A stretch of DNA of 64,000 nucleotides from Octopus vulgaris (lineage: Eukaryota): NCBI GenBank assembly GCA_951406725.2, contig OX597817.1, forward strand, positions 20,212,001 through 20,276,000, written 5' to 3'. The notes beneath the pieces are model-generated. The model had not been told where the DNA came from and made no database searches. It saw only the letters and a list, made by a program, of their open reading frames with translations. Of the stretch, positions 1 to 12,959 are shown in pieces; position 1 is the first letter of the stretch, and every line of letters starts with the position of its first letter. The position numbers and the translations under genes are program-made.

Positions 1-84
1 ACTTAAGTAAATATACAGACATATATATTTATTTAAGTACTTGTGAATGTTACCTGTCAGCTGCGTCACAAATTACCTGTTGAT

Positions 85-315
85 GGTGGACTCGTGGTTG
101 GACTTCGCGGGAATTGTGAGTGTTTATTGAGCGGAAAGACGTAAAGCTCCACGAGGCTCCGGCAGGGTGTAATGGCGATCCCTGCTGTACTCTTTCGCCG
201 CAACTTGCCCTCGCTCTTTCTTCTGTGGGCCTGCTCGCTTAGCCAATGCGAAGCGCTTTCTGACCAGCGATGTGTAGCAACATCTGATAGTCTGGTCGGT
301 CACGGTGATCACGTT

Positions 316-318
<3 letters not shown>
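85..318 (+). mobile_element. tRNA-derived SINE, degraded head; body shared with the SINE at 60426-60808 but with a different 3' tail
   Basis: 115-220 (TTGTGAGTGTTTATTGAGCGGAAAGACGTAAAGCTCCACGAGGCTCCGGCAGGG...GATCCCTGCTGTACTCTTTCGCCGCAACTT) aligns with the reverse complement of ~60625-60728; ends at a (TA)n tract. Confidence 0.75.
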
Positions 319-388
<70 letters not shown>

Positions 389-390
<2 letters not shown>

Positions 391-733
391 CGGGTTCGTT
401 CTGCGTCTGCGCAGTGATCTGATTAGTTAGAAAGAGCAAATTAGTAGACGCACATGTGTCTATCGAGGTGCGTTTCAGAATAACAGGAATCTTACTGAAG
501 AGCCTACCTGAGTAAATAAATATTATTTTTATTGGTTGAAAAAGGCGAAACTGCAGTCTAAGATGAACCGAGTTAGTAAAAGTTTTTATTTTCATTTCAC
601 TAAATTTATCAAGCTTCTGTGTATCTAGTACATACTTCGCCTTTAATGTACTTATATATGAATAATATATGGCCTGTGCTAGAAACACCAGCGATAATAA
701 TTAATTTTATTTTATCGCATTTTGAATTTGTTT
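389..733 (+). mobile_element. (TA)n-flanked hammerhead-bearing element (PLE pLTR / retrozyme-like)
   Basis: ~345 bp of unique sequence bounded by (TA)n on both sides, containing a complete type I hammerhead motif at 489-564. Confidence 0.75.
489..564 (+). ncRNA. Minimal type I hammerhead ribozyme motif
   Basis: Stem I ATCTTA(489-494)/TAAGAT(559-564); core CTGAAGA(495-501); stem II GCCT(502-505)/AGGC(543-546); GAAA(547-550); stem III AC-TGCA-GT, palindromic; GTC triplet at 556-558. Confidence 0.85.
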
Positions 734-736
734 ATA

Positions 737-793
<57 letters not shown>

Positions 794-839
794 TAAGTAG
801 GTGAATGAATTATCTTAGTATGGATAATTCGGTTAACCG

Positions 840-973
<134 letters not shown>

Positions 974-3966
974 TATACATATATATTTCTTGTGCGGTTT
1001 TATCTTGCTGAAAATCGGACGTATAGTTAGTGTCACATAGTGAAGCCAGTAAGTTGACTAGACATTTATGTTATTTGAAGGCCTACTGCATACCACAAAC
1101 ATTGAAGTGGAATATTGTAGTTGTCCGCTAGTCTTACCTTTTGTCCACCTCACTTTCACCACTGGTTATTCCAAGGGAACGCAGACTGGTTGTTAGATTC
1201 CAGCAACTGTTACAATATGATAGGAATCTTAATATAATGGAATCTAGTGTCTGTTACTTTTAATTTTTCAGCATTTTACGCAATCTTTCTTCAACTGTCT
1301 CTTGCTCCCTCAACTAGAGCAACAAAGGCGATGGTTCAAAATCGTCAGTATGATGATCTTATCTGCTACCTATTCAATTCACAGAACCGATATATCAGTT
1401 AATTCCAAACGTCGTCATGACTTACTTGAGTGTACAGATCTGCGCTCACTTAAAATCTCTCATCACCTACATTGATAACAGCACTACTTGAAATGTTTCA
1501 ACCGTCAATATCCCTTTTTAGTTCAATTATCTAAATTTCTAATATAAGTGTGGGTGAGTTTTTACCATATTCAGTTTTTGTCGGGGCCACGTTGTTCTTA
1601 GGGTGATATGAAGCCATATGTTAAAGATAAGTAATCCATACTCTGGTAATTATTGTGTATTCTTCAAACTAGCAGACATTACAAAACCAATTATAACTTT
1701 GCCAAACCATTGAATTTTCCATCAATTATGACCATACTACATTTTTTGTCTCACATATGCAGATCTATCTTTCAGTTAGTAATGTAAATCTGTGCAAATG
1801 TTGTTCTTGCTCTTTTTGTTGGCGACAAGATATTTGCTGGCAATAACCATTTTAGCATCGTTCAAACTGAAGTATAGTTTATTCTCGTAAAATGTAAACG
1901 TAATTATAAAAGCGAAATGGCTGCCCCTGTGTTTAATATTTCTCTCTAATATAATTATGCTCTATGCTTGATAGACTCCAATATAAATATTCTTCATAAA
2001 AGTGCCGTGACTGGGAATGATCGTGGTCAATTTTGTATAAAGTTGAAATGAAGTGTAATCATTTCTATTCTAAATCATGATACTGAAAATTTATTGATAT
2101 TGTCTAGGAAGTTTAAAACGAGGCAGTACCCCCAGCAGATATGTGATATCGAATCCTTCTTGCGAATAACTTCACGGAAATATGCTTAAAGTCAGATGAA
2201 AATAATAATCTAATCATTGTTTCATAGACACATGAACAGAAATACGGAGGAGCCAAAACCAATAAAATTCCCATCAGTTTTTAAATAATACTTATTGTAG
2301 TGATTTTTAGACAGATGAATGGTCTAATTGGAATTTAGGACTTAAAGACCGAAACATTATCGTTAAAAATTTCAACTAGCATGCTCAAGACTCAGCGAAT
2401 ACTCCATCCAGTAAGAAATCTCATTAATAGTAAGGTAAAAATAATATTGTCAACTTAATATTTTGCAAAGAAATCGTACTAGGACATTTAGCTTTCACAA
2501 CTTAATATCAATTAAACGTAAAATAGAATTATACAACTATTTTACAATGACTGAGTTTACAACACATATACACACACACATATACATGCACATACGCACA
2601 CACACACATACGCTCCCACGCGCACGCACACATACATACATTCATACATACAAACACACACGCACACACACACACAAACATATGCTATGTTAAAATAAAA
2701 TAGAAAATATTTAGAAGTTGCTGGAAGTATTTTGTTAATAAGTTCCTGTCAAAACATTTCACCTGCTAAACAATTAAGAAAACTTTGGCTGCTAGGTTAT
2801 TAAACCTACTAACTAAGGATTCCTGTATTATTCGAAAGAAAATGATCGATATTTATTTTTTTTTCTATTCAGGTCTTTCCTTCATTTATTTATTTTTTTA
2901 TATTTTATAAATATTTTTCTACATGTCTATATCTTTGTAAAGGCTGTTTATTTTATCATATGTTCGTTATTTCTTTTTTTTTATATATATTTAGAGCCTT
3001 CTATCTTTACTAAAATCATTGTTCTTTTTATCCTTTCATCGTTATCGATGATTTGTCTCTTTTCTACTTTATTCTATCAATTCTTTTGATTTCATTTTCT
3101 TCCTGAATTTTTGGCGTTTAATACTTAGAAGTAAATTTAAAAGAAGTAAATTATTTAAATGCATCGGCTTTTATTTATTAATTTTCGATTAAAACGTTTC
3201 CTCAAATATAGGATTAGATTTTTACAAAATCAATATGGTTTCTACTTTGAACCACTAAGTTATATAGAAGACAAGAAATAACAACTGCCAATCTTCGTTG
3301 GATGGGTGCAAAATAAATTATGACTGTCAACTTAGTACTTAACGCTTCTTTGTCGGAAGTTAATCTTCACTTTCATTCTCTATTGCTCTAATGTATTTGT
3401 ATATTTAACTTATACTGACATTAAATATCGCCTGTTTCCATTGCAATACGTGTTTGCTAAAGTATGTTGTTCACATAATACTCTCACCCTCTCTCCAACG
3501 GAAACGGGAATAATGGAATAAAAGAAGGTGTATCATGGCGTAAAAATGTATTTCACACTGTTCCTTCGGTTTTCTGGCTGACAGATGATACTCACCGCTG
3601 ACATTTTTCACGCAGGTAAAAATAATTCTTTTATATGCTCAAACCTATAAACTTGGTTGACTCTGCACGAAATGATTAAAAACGAAAAATATAGCATAGG
3701 GAATTGAAAGTATTTCCATTGCAATTTGAAATTTATGTGTATAAAATTAATGATATTTGTTCCGTTCAAAGAGGGATAATATAAGTAAACTTGACGTAAA
3801 CACTACCATTTAAAATGTGAAATCTGTCTAGCGAGACAATTTATATACCAGAATTACGATTTTATATAATGCATGCAGAAAGCATGCATAAGATGAAGCT
3901 ACATACAAACGCATGCATATAGATACACATACACACACATACACACACCCAGAGTCAAATATAATG

Positions 3967-4038
3967 TAATATTTTACTATAAAATTGGATTCAATCCTAA
4001 ATCTGATTTTACCCTGTAAGTTTGGATTTATTCCCTAA

Positions 4039-4043
<5 letters not shown>
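3967..4043 (+). mobile_element. 3' tip of a TA-targeting repeat, same family as 18330-18410
   Basis: TAATATTTTACTATAAAATTGGATTCAATCCTAAATCTGATTTT..CCCTGTAAGTTTGGATTTATTCCCTAATATTTA is near-identical to ~18330-18409; both run into (TA)n. Confidence 0.75.
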
Positions 4044-4080
<37 letters not shown>

Positions 4081-4329
4081 TAGGGTGTATGTAAATATAT
4101 ACAGCGCAAGAATTTGCTACAAGGAAATTACTTAAAAGGTCGTTGAGTAATTCCTACATCACGATGTAAAGTCTGAAGAGCTTATTTGCAATTGATTTCA
4201 TATCGAACTGTATCTTGAAAATATCTTCAGAAAAATATGCATATTTTGGCTTTTTATGGCATCTGAATGAAACAATATGCCAATTTGACCTAACGCAACT
4301 GCTTGAAAATAAAGTATGCTTGTAACTCC

Positions 4330-4393
4330 GTAAATCCTTAAAATCCTTAAAAGTGTTTCAGCCCGAAGGCCGCGGCCATGCTGGGGCACCTCC
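4330..4393 (-). mobile_element. Retroposon 3' end (stem-loop plus short tandem tail)
   Basis: Minus strand GGTGCCCCAGCATGGCCGCGGCCTTCGGGCTGAAACAC followed by TTTAAGGA repeats; similar to the SINE 3' end at ~62788-62830. Confidence 0.55.
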
Positions 4394-4847
4394 GCTGAAC
4401 TGTGCAATATTCTCTTATCTTATGCTAATATTTGAGGGTACGAGACAATAATTCACATGGGGTCTACTGGAATGATCAAAAATATCAAATAACATAGTTT
4501 TTATCAAAACGTGCTAGTTCCATAATTTACCACCACATAATCTCATGATGAAACTTGTTTTGTTATTACTAAAAGGAATTCAAACCGTTTTAAAATATGG
4601 AGAATCCTTCCAGCAGACATAATTCTTTGAATAAATTCCATATCTTTCTCTTTCTCATTGTGCCTCTCCTACCGTTTATGCATAGTCAGACACACGCACA
4701 TATACATATGTATATGCACGCACAGACACACACAAGTAGAAATACATATATTCGAGTATGTAGTTTATATATATCTATATATATATATTTATCTATCTAT
4801 CTGTCTGTCTGGCTGGCTGGCTGGCTCTCTCTCTCTATATATATATA

Positions 4848-4912
<65 letters not shown>

Positions 4913-4961
4913 TGGGTGTGTGTGTGTGTGTGTGAGTGTGTGTGTGCGTATATATATATAT

Positions 4962-5143
4962 AGTGAGAATTTACAAAAAAGCAAAAGAAGACGTATGTGT
5001 AAACAACAAACGCATGTATTTGTTTAACGCTCGGGAAGTGAGGAAGTCTTTTACGTTTCGAGCCTACGCTCTTCGACAGAAAGGAACACAGAAATAAACA
5101 AGTAGAGGAAATAAAAAAAGATTCAGTGGCTAGCGATCTATCA
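4962..5143 (-). mobile_element. Microsatellite-flanked element with variant hammerhead-like core
   Basis: Minus strand CTTT-CTGTCGAA-GAGC-GTAG-GCTC-GAAAC-GTA-AAAG (5048-5083); related copies at 19401-19610 (+) and 38203-38362 (-). Confidence 0.6.
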
Positions 5144-5162
5144 TATACATACATACATACAT

Positions 5163-5230
<68 letters not shown>

Positions 5231-5290
5231 GTAAGTATATACTCATATATTATATCTATCCGCTAATCTGGAAACATCTATGCTTGTATA

Positions 5291-5373
<83 letters not shown>

Positions 5374-5740
5374 GTATGTATATATATTTGCATATATATG
5401 TTTATATATATGTATTTATACGTATATATATATTGAAGTTAAAAAAAGTGAGAAAAATACACTAAATATAGACATATTTTTAGAATTTATGTATAAAATC
5501 TTAACATTGCAATGGAACATTATAGAAAATACAAAAGACATTCTAGTTACCCACTAATATAATTATATATAAGAAATAAAAGAAGTGTGAGGGAATTCAA
5601 ATTTTGAAAGTTTCCAAACGGATGCTGCATTATAATTTAGTTCTAATTTGGTATATATACCTAAGTAAACGAGTATACAAACGCACACAAAAATAAACGA
5701 ATTCACATATATGAGTCATCTGTACATAAATATATATATA

Positions 5741-5777
<37 letters not shown>

Positions 5778-5797
5778 AAAGTCAAATGCGATACAAT

Positions 5798-5937
<140 letters not shown>

Positions 5938-6016
5938 GATATGCGTGTGCATCTAGAATCACAACACTATATATAGACGGAATGGCAGTTCACATGTTCG
6001 CTAGCTGTCAATGATG

Positions 6017-6056
<40 letters not shown>

Positions 6057-6399
6057 TTGTTTTTGTATTTTCTAGGTTTTGACAGTAGATAATATTTCTG
6101 AAATCTACAGATTCAAAATGGATTTTAGATTTATAAATGCCAAGAGCACTGAACGTGACATGTAAACAGAAAACAAAATTCTTTGCCACCTATTTCACAA
6201 AAGAAACGTTTTCGACAACAACAACAACAACAACAACAAAGTGAAGTAAAATAATCAATGCTTGCAATTAGACATTTCGGATGAATTTATATACTTATTG
6301 ATATAGCTGTACGCATTCTTGTTTAAGAAGGTCTCAGCTAAAATCTAAACATATTGACAACCAGGTGGGATATGTGAAAAGATTTAATCAAAACTTTTT

Positions 6400-6812
6400 A
6401 GGACTACTACATCCACAACACTGGTAAACAAAACCGCATTGCTACGGTAGAATCGTACCTATTGTTTTAACATCTTCATGAAAAGTGCTGATTTCATCAA
6501 TCAGTGACCAGTTGGAAGAAACCGTCATCCTATGAATTACAGTGTACGTTATGTTACTGCATCCTTCAAAACTTCCATGCTTTCTGAGATTCGCCAACAC
6601 TACACCTGATTTTCTCAAAACTTCCATGCTTTCTGAGATTCGCGAACACTACACCTGATTTTCTCCCTCCATACACACACAAGCATGTATCTGACTCATG
6701 CATTGTTCGCTTTCCTGACATTTGTACATTACTGCATATACTCTGACAAGTTGTGGTGCACCTGAGCACTGTATACAATAATTTCATTATTATTATTATT
6801 ATTACTATTATT
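6400..6812 (+). mobile_element. Probable LINE (CR1/L2-like) 3' end with an internal ~49-bp tandem duplication
   Basis: Ends TGCACCTGAGCACTGTATACAATAATTTC then (ATT)n; TCAAAACTTCCATGCTTTCTGAGATTCGC(C/G)AACACTACACCTGATTTTCTC occurs twice at ~6566-6665. Confidence 0.5.
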
Positions 6813-7297
6813 ACTCAGTACAACGTAACTGAGTAATTAAAACTAATCTGAAGTTAGCAGTAGTTGTTGAAAGATTTCCTCCTAGTTAGTTGAATGAATG
6901 CACATATCACGGTGAATGCCGATGGAAGTACAAAATGTTTTGCTGTCCACAGAAATGTATTCTGATAATTTTGAAAAATTATACCAGGAAATAGAGAACG
7001 CTTTTGGCAACAAATATTATTGAAAAGATGAAATGCTTCATCGATGCCGGCATTATTTTTGAGAATAAATCAAATGATGAAGTACAAATATTCAACGACA
7101 TTCTAGTCGTCCTTTGTCCATCCACCCCCACGTAAAAATATGTTACACTATAGTAGCAATTATTATATGTTTCAAAAAGAGGAAGATGCTGTAGTATTAG
7201 GTGTGGTAGATAGGGGTAACTGAGCAATTGAAAGCCCTTGTCTGTTTAGGATACGTTCTCATTGATCATTGAAATCTATGACCAAATGCATCATACC

Positions 7298-7520
7298 TAT
7301 TTCTTTACTACCTACAAGGGGCTAAACACAGTGGACAAACAGGGACGGACAAACGGATTAAATCGATTATATCGACCCCAGAGCGTACCTGGCACTTATT
7401 TAATCGACCCCGAAAGAATGAAAGGCAAAGTCGACCTCGGTTGAATTTGAACTCAGTACGTAACGGCAGACGAAATACGGCTACGCATTGCGCCCGGCGT
7501 GCTAACGATTCTGCCAGGTG
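7298..7520 (-). mobile_element. tRNA-derived SINE (Meta/MESC-like central domain) with 10-bp TSD
   Basis: Minus strand A-box TGGCAGAATCGTTAG, B-box GAGTTCAAATTC, then GTCGACTTTGCCTTTCATTCTTTCGGGGTCGAT; TSD GCATCATACC at 7288-7297 and 7521-7530. Confidence 0.88.
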
Positions 7521-7591
7521 GCATCATACCGCGACCATTTTACGTTCTCAGATATATGATGGCTCGTATTAGATTTTCATGTAAGATATGA

Positions 7592-7819
7592 TTTTTTTAT
7601 GATACTATGGCACCCGTATTGTGAAATGGGGTTAATGTTTCAGAATATCAATGATATATGACGATGAGTGTCGGGAAAATAGGAACCAAAGACCGAACTA
7701 TTCGCATCATAATGCATACTTTGCAGTATCTGATTCCTATTTTCTCGACACTCATCTTCATATCTCATTGATATTCTGAAAATTTAGCCCTACCTCACAA
7801 TGCAGCATTATATCAAAAA
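7592..7819. mobile_element. Imperfect inverted repeat, MITE-like
   Basis: 7638-7685 (TTTCAGAATATCAATGATATATGACGATGAGTGTCGGGAAAATAGGAA) pairs with 7734-7781; weaker pairing extends outwards. Confidence 0.7.
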
Positions 7820-9339
7820 ATGCCTTTTTGGGGCTATTCCTATAGATATTACAAGTGAAACATCTGAGTGATATAATTTAGGAAAGGCCTATAGAAATGT
7901 GATTCATTGATAATCTGTTCGCAAAGGATAATTAAGATTATCCTAAGGTCACATCTAAAAAGAAATCTAGAGTTATTATAGGTATAGAAATACCCATATA
8001 TTCATGTATTCAGTATTTTGTGACGATGCAAATATTATATAAGTAACTTCGTTAAGAGTTTTTCCCTCACATATATACATGCATTCAAACATATATAAGC
8101 ACTCGAATGCACTTTAAATACATGTGTATTTCTGGTTTTATTCCTCTCTATGCGAGCGTAACTAATACATATTGCGTATGTATTAGATATGTTTACCGAC
8201 ATATCTTCTTATTAACAAGTATTTGTCTACATGCGTATGTAAATAAAATATATATAATAAAACGTATGTAAAAGGTTTCCAGTTTCAAACATAGTAACAT
8301 AAAAATAGTATATAAAAATATACATGTATATAAAACTAAAACCTAAGTTTCTCTATGGAAGAAGAAGTACAGGAAAAGTGAAAGACCAGTCTACACGAAT
8401 GGAAGTCTAGATATGGATTGAGCATCGATAATCAAACACCTTACAATCAGCAATGATTTGAGAGTCTTTAACAATTAACGGATATCTATAACAGAAGTTA
8501 CCTATATAAATAAATCTGCATTTCGTCCTAAACATAAGCAAAACTATCAGGGTTTCGTTAGGGAGTACACCAAAAGCGTCCCAGTAGCACATGTAAGAAT
8601 GTGAATTTTCGTTAAAAAATTAACTCCTCTAAGAATACTACTCTTAATATGATACCATCAAATATTTACTGTATGTATTTAATGATATATTTATACATTT
8701 AGAAAATGCATATCAATTAGTGTGTATGCGTGTGCGTACTGTCCCCATGTACACATTCACATGTATATTAAGAAAAAGGAGTTAGAAATTTATATATATA
8801 TTTAGCGATTTGATCTCATTCCATGGTTTCATCAAGAATGAATCATTTTACAGAAAAGTTAGTAGAAAACATCTGGAGTTTATTTGAGAGAAGAAATTAT
8901 TATTATTTTGTATCTACGTGTGTGTGTATATACACATGTGTGTATGTATACTTGTATATGCTTGTGTTGAATTTCTGCCGGCTTCATTAAAGGGAGACAA
9001 ATGGAAGGAAAGAAAGAAAGATATACAGGCAGAAAGTAAAGCAACATGGGCAAAGAAAAAAAGAAAGGTAAGAAATAAAAATAAAAAAAAAAGAGAAAGG
9101 GTTTATTTTGTTATTTGCTTGAGATTGTATTGTAGGTTTTGACAGTTGTCTTGCTACCCTCCTAACTCCTCTGAGACAATTGAAATTGATGACATTTCAA
9201 GAGGTCACTTCACGTTTAGCACTGTTATTTCCTATCGTCAGTTGCCATGTTAACCAGCTGTAGAAAAAAATGATGCTATCAAAATTGTTTTGGACCTTTA
9301 TTAAATATGTGTGTTTAAACGTACATGTTTCAGTGTGTG

Positions 9340-10380
9340 CGTTGTATGTTGGTTGCTTAAGAGACCTTCTCCACTCCAGGTATTTTAATAACAATAATGA
9401 AAATACTTTAATAAGAATTTCTCATGTTTTTATAAAAAATATACATCTCTTTTCCTCTAGGTTTAATTTTGGTAATAATATTTTCATAAAATCTAGTCCC
9501 ATTATATTCTGTTTTTTTTTGGTTCATACCTTCGACAGTCATAGAAGGGAAAGATCGGGAATCTATTGTTCCCACTTAGTTCCAGATGATTTGTCAGCGG
9601 AATCTTACGTACATATTTTAAATGGTATGTTGCCTATGAAATCCTGCACGTTAGCAATGAGAATTCTAGGTCTCGCTAATGTAATTTTTTTTCCTATTAG
9701 AACAGGATGTGCAATGTATGAGATTTTGGGTGTTGCAATTCACATCTTTAAATCTTATATGGGAAACAGTGTTCAAATATTTAAAGTTATTTGTTACACG
9801 TTCCACAACTATTATCTCCACAGTTCTTCACAGAGAATTATGAATCATCCTCCGAAATTAATTTTGCTGTCGTGAGATGCTTGTAAAGATGTTTTGGCTG
9901 CCGCTAACTCTTTCGTATAAGGTTTGGATCAACAAAACTTTTAATTCTTGCGTTTTTTTTTAAAGAGAATTAGTATGTTTGCTTTGATTGTGTGGAAAAT
10001 GTTGATCACTCCTGGATTAAGTGTATTGATAAGTGGAAACATATTTTCTTTAATCGCGTTCATGCCTGCCCTCAGATGTATGATGTGCAGTTTTGTCACC
10101 TATATAATTCCATCATTCATTAATTTTAAAGGTTAATTTGTCGCTGTTATGAATCCATTGAGTTCATTGAGTCTAATTTATAGAATGCTCCGATTCATAT
10201 ATCATGACAGGACATACGTCTTGTCATAATATTTGAAATATTCCTTTGATATGTGAAAGACGGTAAAGTAGAACTTCAGATAGTAATGTTTGTTATTTCT
10301 CTCGTGAATATGCTAGATGGGTGAAGGTGTTCAGAATGCTCTTAAATATTTATAAGATCATCATCTGATTTCTGCCTCAA
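9340..10380 (-). pseudogene. Degenerate Penelope-like element (RT thumb, Cys-rich linker, GIY-YIG endonuclease)
   Basis: Manual minus-strand translation across stops and frameshifts: FPLINTLNPGVINIFHTIKANI, KS*RQPKHLYKHLTTAK, KNCGDNSCGTC, CNTQNLIHCTSC, NYISET, KIPLTNHLE, IFPFY, LLPKLN; order matches Neptune-type PLEs. Confidence 0.75.
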
Positions 10381-10868
10381 AATAAAGCATCACGCACACA
10401 CGCACACACACATATACACGCACACACACATATACACGCACACACACGTACACATAAATCCATACATATACGCATTTATATATTTTAGAAGATGAATTTG
10501 TTTTTGGATTCGAAAGTGCATCTTAAAACGTATTTTATTTTTTTAAATGTGTTTTATGTTACTAACATATTCTAACGATTTCAGCAATTTTGTTTTACAT
10601 TTCAGAAATATAAATGTCATGGAAATTTAAAACGTTTCATAGCAGTATTGGTAGAATCGTTGTAACTCACATCTACTACAAAGCAAATTACTCAAAACAT
10701 ACAAAATGACTAAAATAAAAAGGCAGGTGTCTACAAGGAAAATGACACTGGAGGTTGCGTACTTAATGAACTGATGATAAATTGGTACAGTGATATTATT
10801 TACATTATTTAGATAGAGGGAAGATTCATTATCTGTCGCATCTCTAATGCTTTTATATATTAATATTA

Positions 10869-10947
10869 ATGACATTGCTTATTCTCTTTGCTTGCATCAT
10901 GTCCTGTTTGTCGCTAGTCGTACTACAACATTTTATGATTTATGTGG
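10869..10947 (+). CDS. Candidate first coding exon, hydrophobic signal-peptide-like MTLLILFACIMSCLSLVVLQHFMIYV(G)
   Basis: In-frame upstream TAA, ATG at 10869, strong donor G|GTAAGT at 10948, upstream acceptor TTTTGTTTTACATTTCAG near 10606; no homology recognised. Confidence 0.25.
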
Positions 10948-11014
10948 GTAAGTGTTTAGGAAATGTGTAAGAATGAAGCAATGTTTACTAACACGAGATT
11001 CAGCGTCAAAATCG

Positions 11015-11122
<108 letters not shown>

Positions 11123-12959
11123 CAAAATGTCTATGTGCCATTCCTTTATACAAATCCACAATTTTTCATTTAGAGAGCTTGCACTTTCTATGGTCATTCA
11201 AAACCGCCCAAGGGTGGTCGTGCACATCCTTACATTTCCCCAGTCACCCCGAAAAGCCATAAAAAAACCAATAGAAGTAACTTTTTTATGAATTTTCTAT
11301 CCCAAACCCAATCAAAATGCCTGAAACTTGATACGCCAATTGAATGCCTGGTAGCTGTATGTGATTGGTCGGAGATTTGGACAGTACTCGCGTGTATGTG
11401 GCACGCACACAGCTGTACATGCAAGCTGTATATGCAAGCACTATCACTATGACCCGGCGTTGCTGGGTCATTAATGCTAGTACTCCATGAATTGGTTTGA
11501 GGACGCCTATATGTAGGAACACACCCATCTGTGCATAATATGTATAAAACAGTAGTAATATAATATGAAGAATGATATATTCCTTAAGAATTAATTCGTT
11601 GTAATCTAAGGAGAAATGAAATTCTCGAGGTTATTTCGTTTAGCATCACTCAAAGATCATGATCATTATAATCCATAAAGCGTACGGTTTATGTGAGCAA
11701 AAATAACGCCGTTGTGTTAAAGGCTGTAACAAGTGTGAATATCTCGTGCTTCAAACCTTAAAATATTTGCTGTTTGCTTAATTCCTTTGGTGATACTTAA
11801 TAACATATCGAGAGCCTTGATACATTGTGAATATTAAAATAAATCATTAAGTCTTTAAACAGTTTGAGATTAATTAGCCTCTAGAGAAAAATTGCATTCT
11901 CACTCTTGATATCGGTATAATTTATATTTGTATGAAACTATCTATTAAATCCAAGGCATATGAAAAATTGTTGATTGGAATTATGTATTTCAGTGATGAG
12001 ATTGGAGCATGGTTTTACATTAGAAAAACGTGTACGTCACTGCCAAACATAAAAACCTCAACAAAATCACTAAGTGAAATACATATTAATTAGTTAACCC
12101 ATATGACAAGCATCTTATTCGAAAATCTCCAATAGAATTAGAAAGAACGTGTATAATAACTGAGCTGGTTTAATGATTTTTACGTGCATCTGATTAACGC
12201 ATTTATATTTTCTTATTTGAAATGCAAAATAAAATCAGCATGGAATATAATTTACGTGGTGTAATACCAACAAAAAGAAATCTTCTATATGGTGACGTGT
12301 GGAAAATAGCAATTATTAGGAATTAGCACGAAAATCTTTTTACAATGGGATTAATTAACCGCAAAAGTTTGATTAAAAGATTCATTATAATAAACCTATT
12401 ATAATAAAACAAATGTCATAACTTCGAAATAATACGTTCTAATTACATGTTGCTATCGCAATAATAGCTACCATTAATTCCATTAAAACCATTGATTTCT
12501 ATTTAGTGAATAGGGCTTTATTCATCAGGCTTCAACTACAATTCCACAAAATACAATCCGGATATTGTTTCAAATTATAAATCGTAAAACATATGTCAAC
12601 CAATGAGATGTATAATATTTATAGTCAATTTGTTAGCAAGCCCAATTTATGTGTAATTCCTAGATACATTTCTTGGTAAAAGTATGTTATAACTTGGTGT
12701 GATTAGCAATATCGGATATATTCAGTCAACACTTTTATATTGCGTTTGATTAATTTCAAAGCTCTGGATATACCTTTTTGTACAAAACATTTCGTTTACT
12801 TTAATGTTTAAGTTTTAATCAGAAAACACCTGGTAAACTCGGAATTTACATTGTTATCGGTAGTATCAGAGAAGAAAGAATGACTTATGAAAACTTGCAT
12901 ATTAAGAGATTCAAAACTGCCAACACTGTAGTCCTGTTCTCTGGTTCACATCGGAGCTA

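Noticed and set aside
1139-1475. Open frames with splice-like signals on both strands
   Set aside because: Several mutually incompatible readings and no recognisable protein
4173-4230. CTGAAGA near a TA tract as a hammerhead
   Set aside because: No stem II closing onto GAAA and no valid stem I/III
9270-9875. 201-aa plus-strand ORF
   Set aside because: Antisense shadow of the degenerate PLE on the minus strand
11440-11482. Hairpin TGACCCGGCGTTGCTGGGTCA resembling a Helitron 3' end
   Set aside because: Terminal CTAG not clean and no 5' terminus found; too little to call
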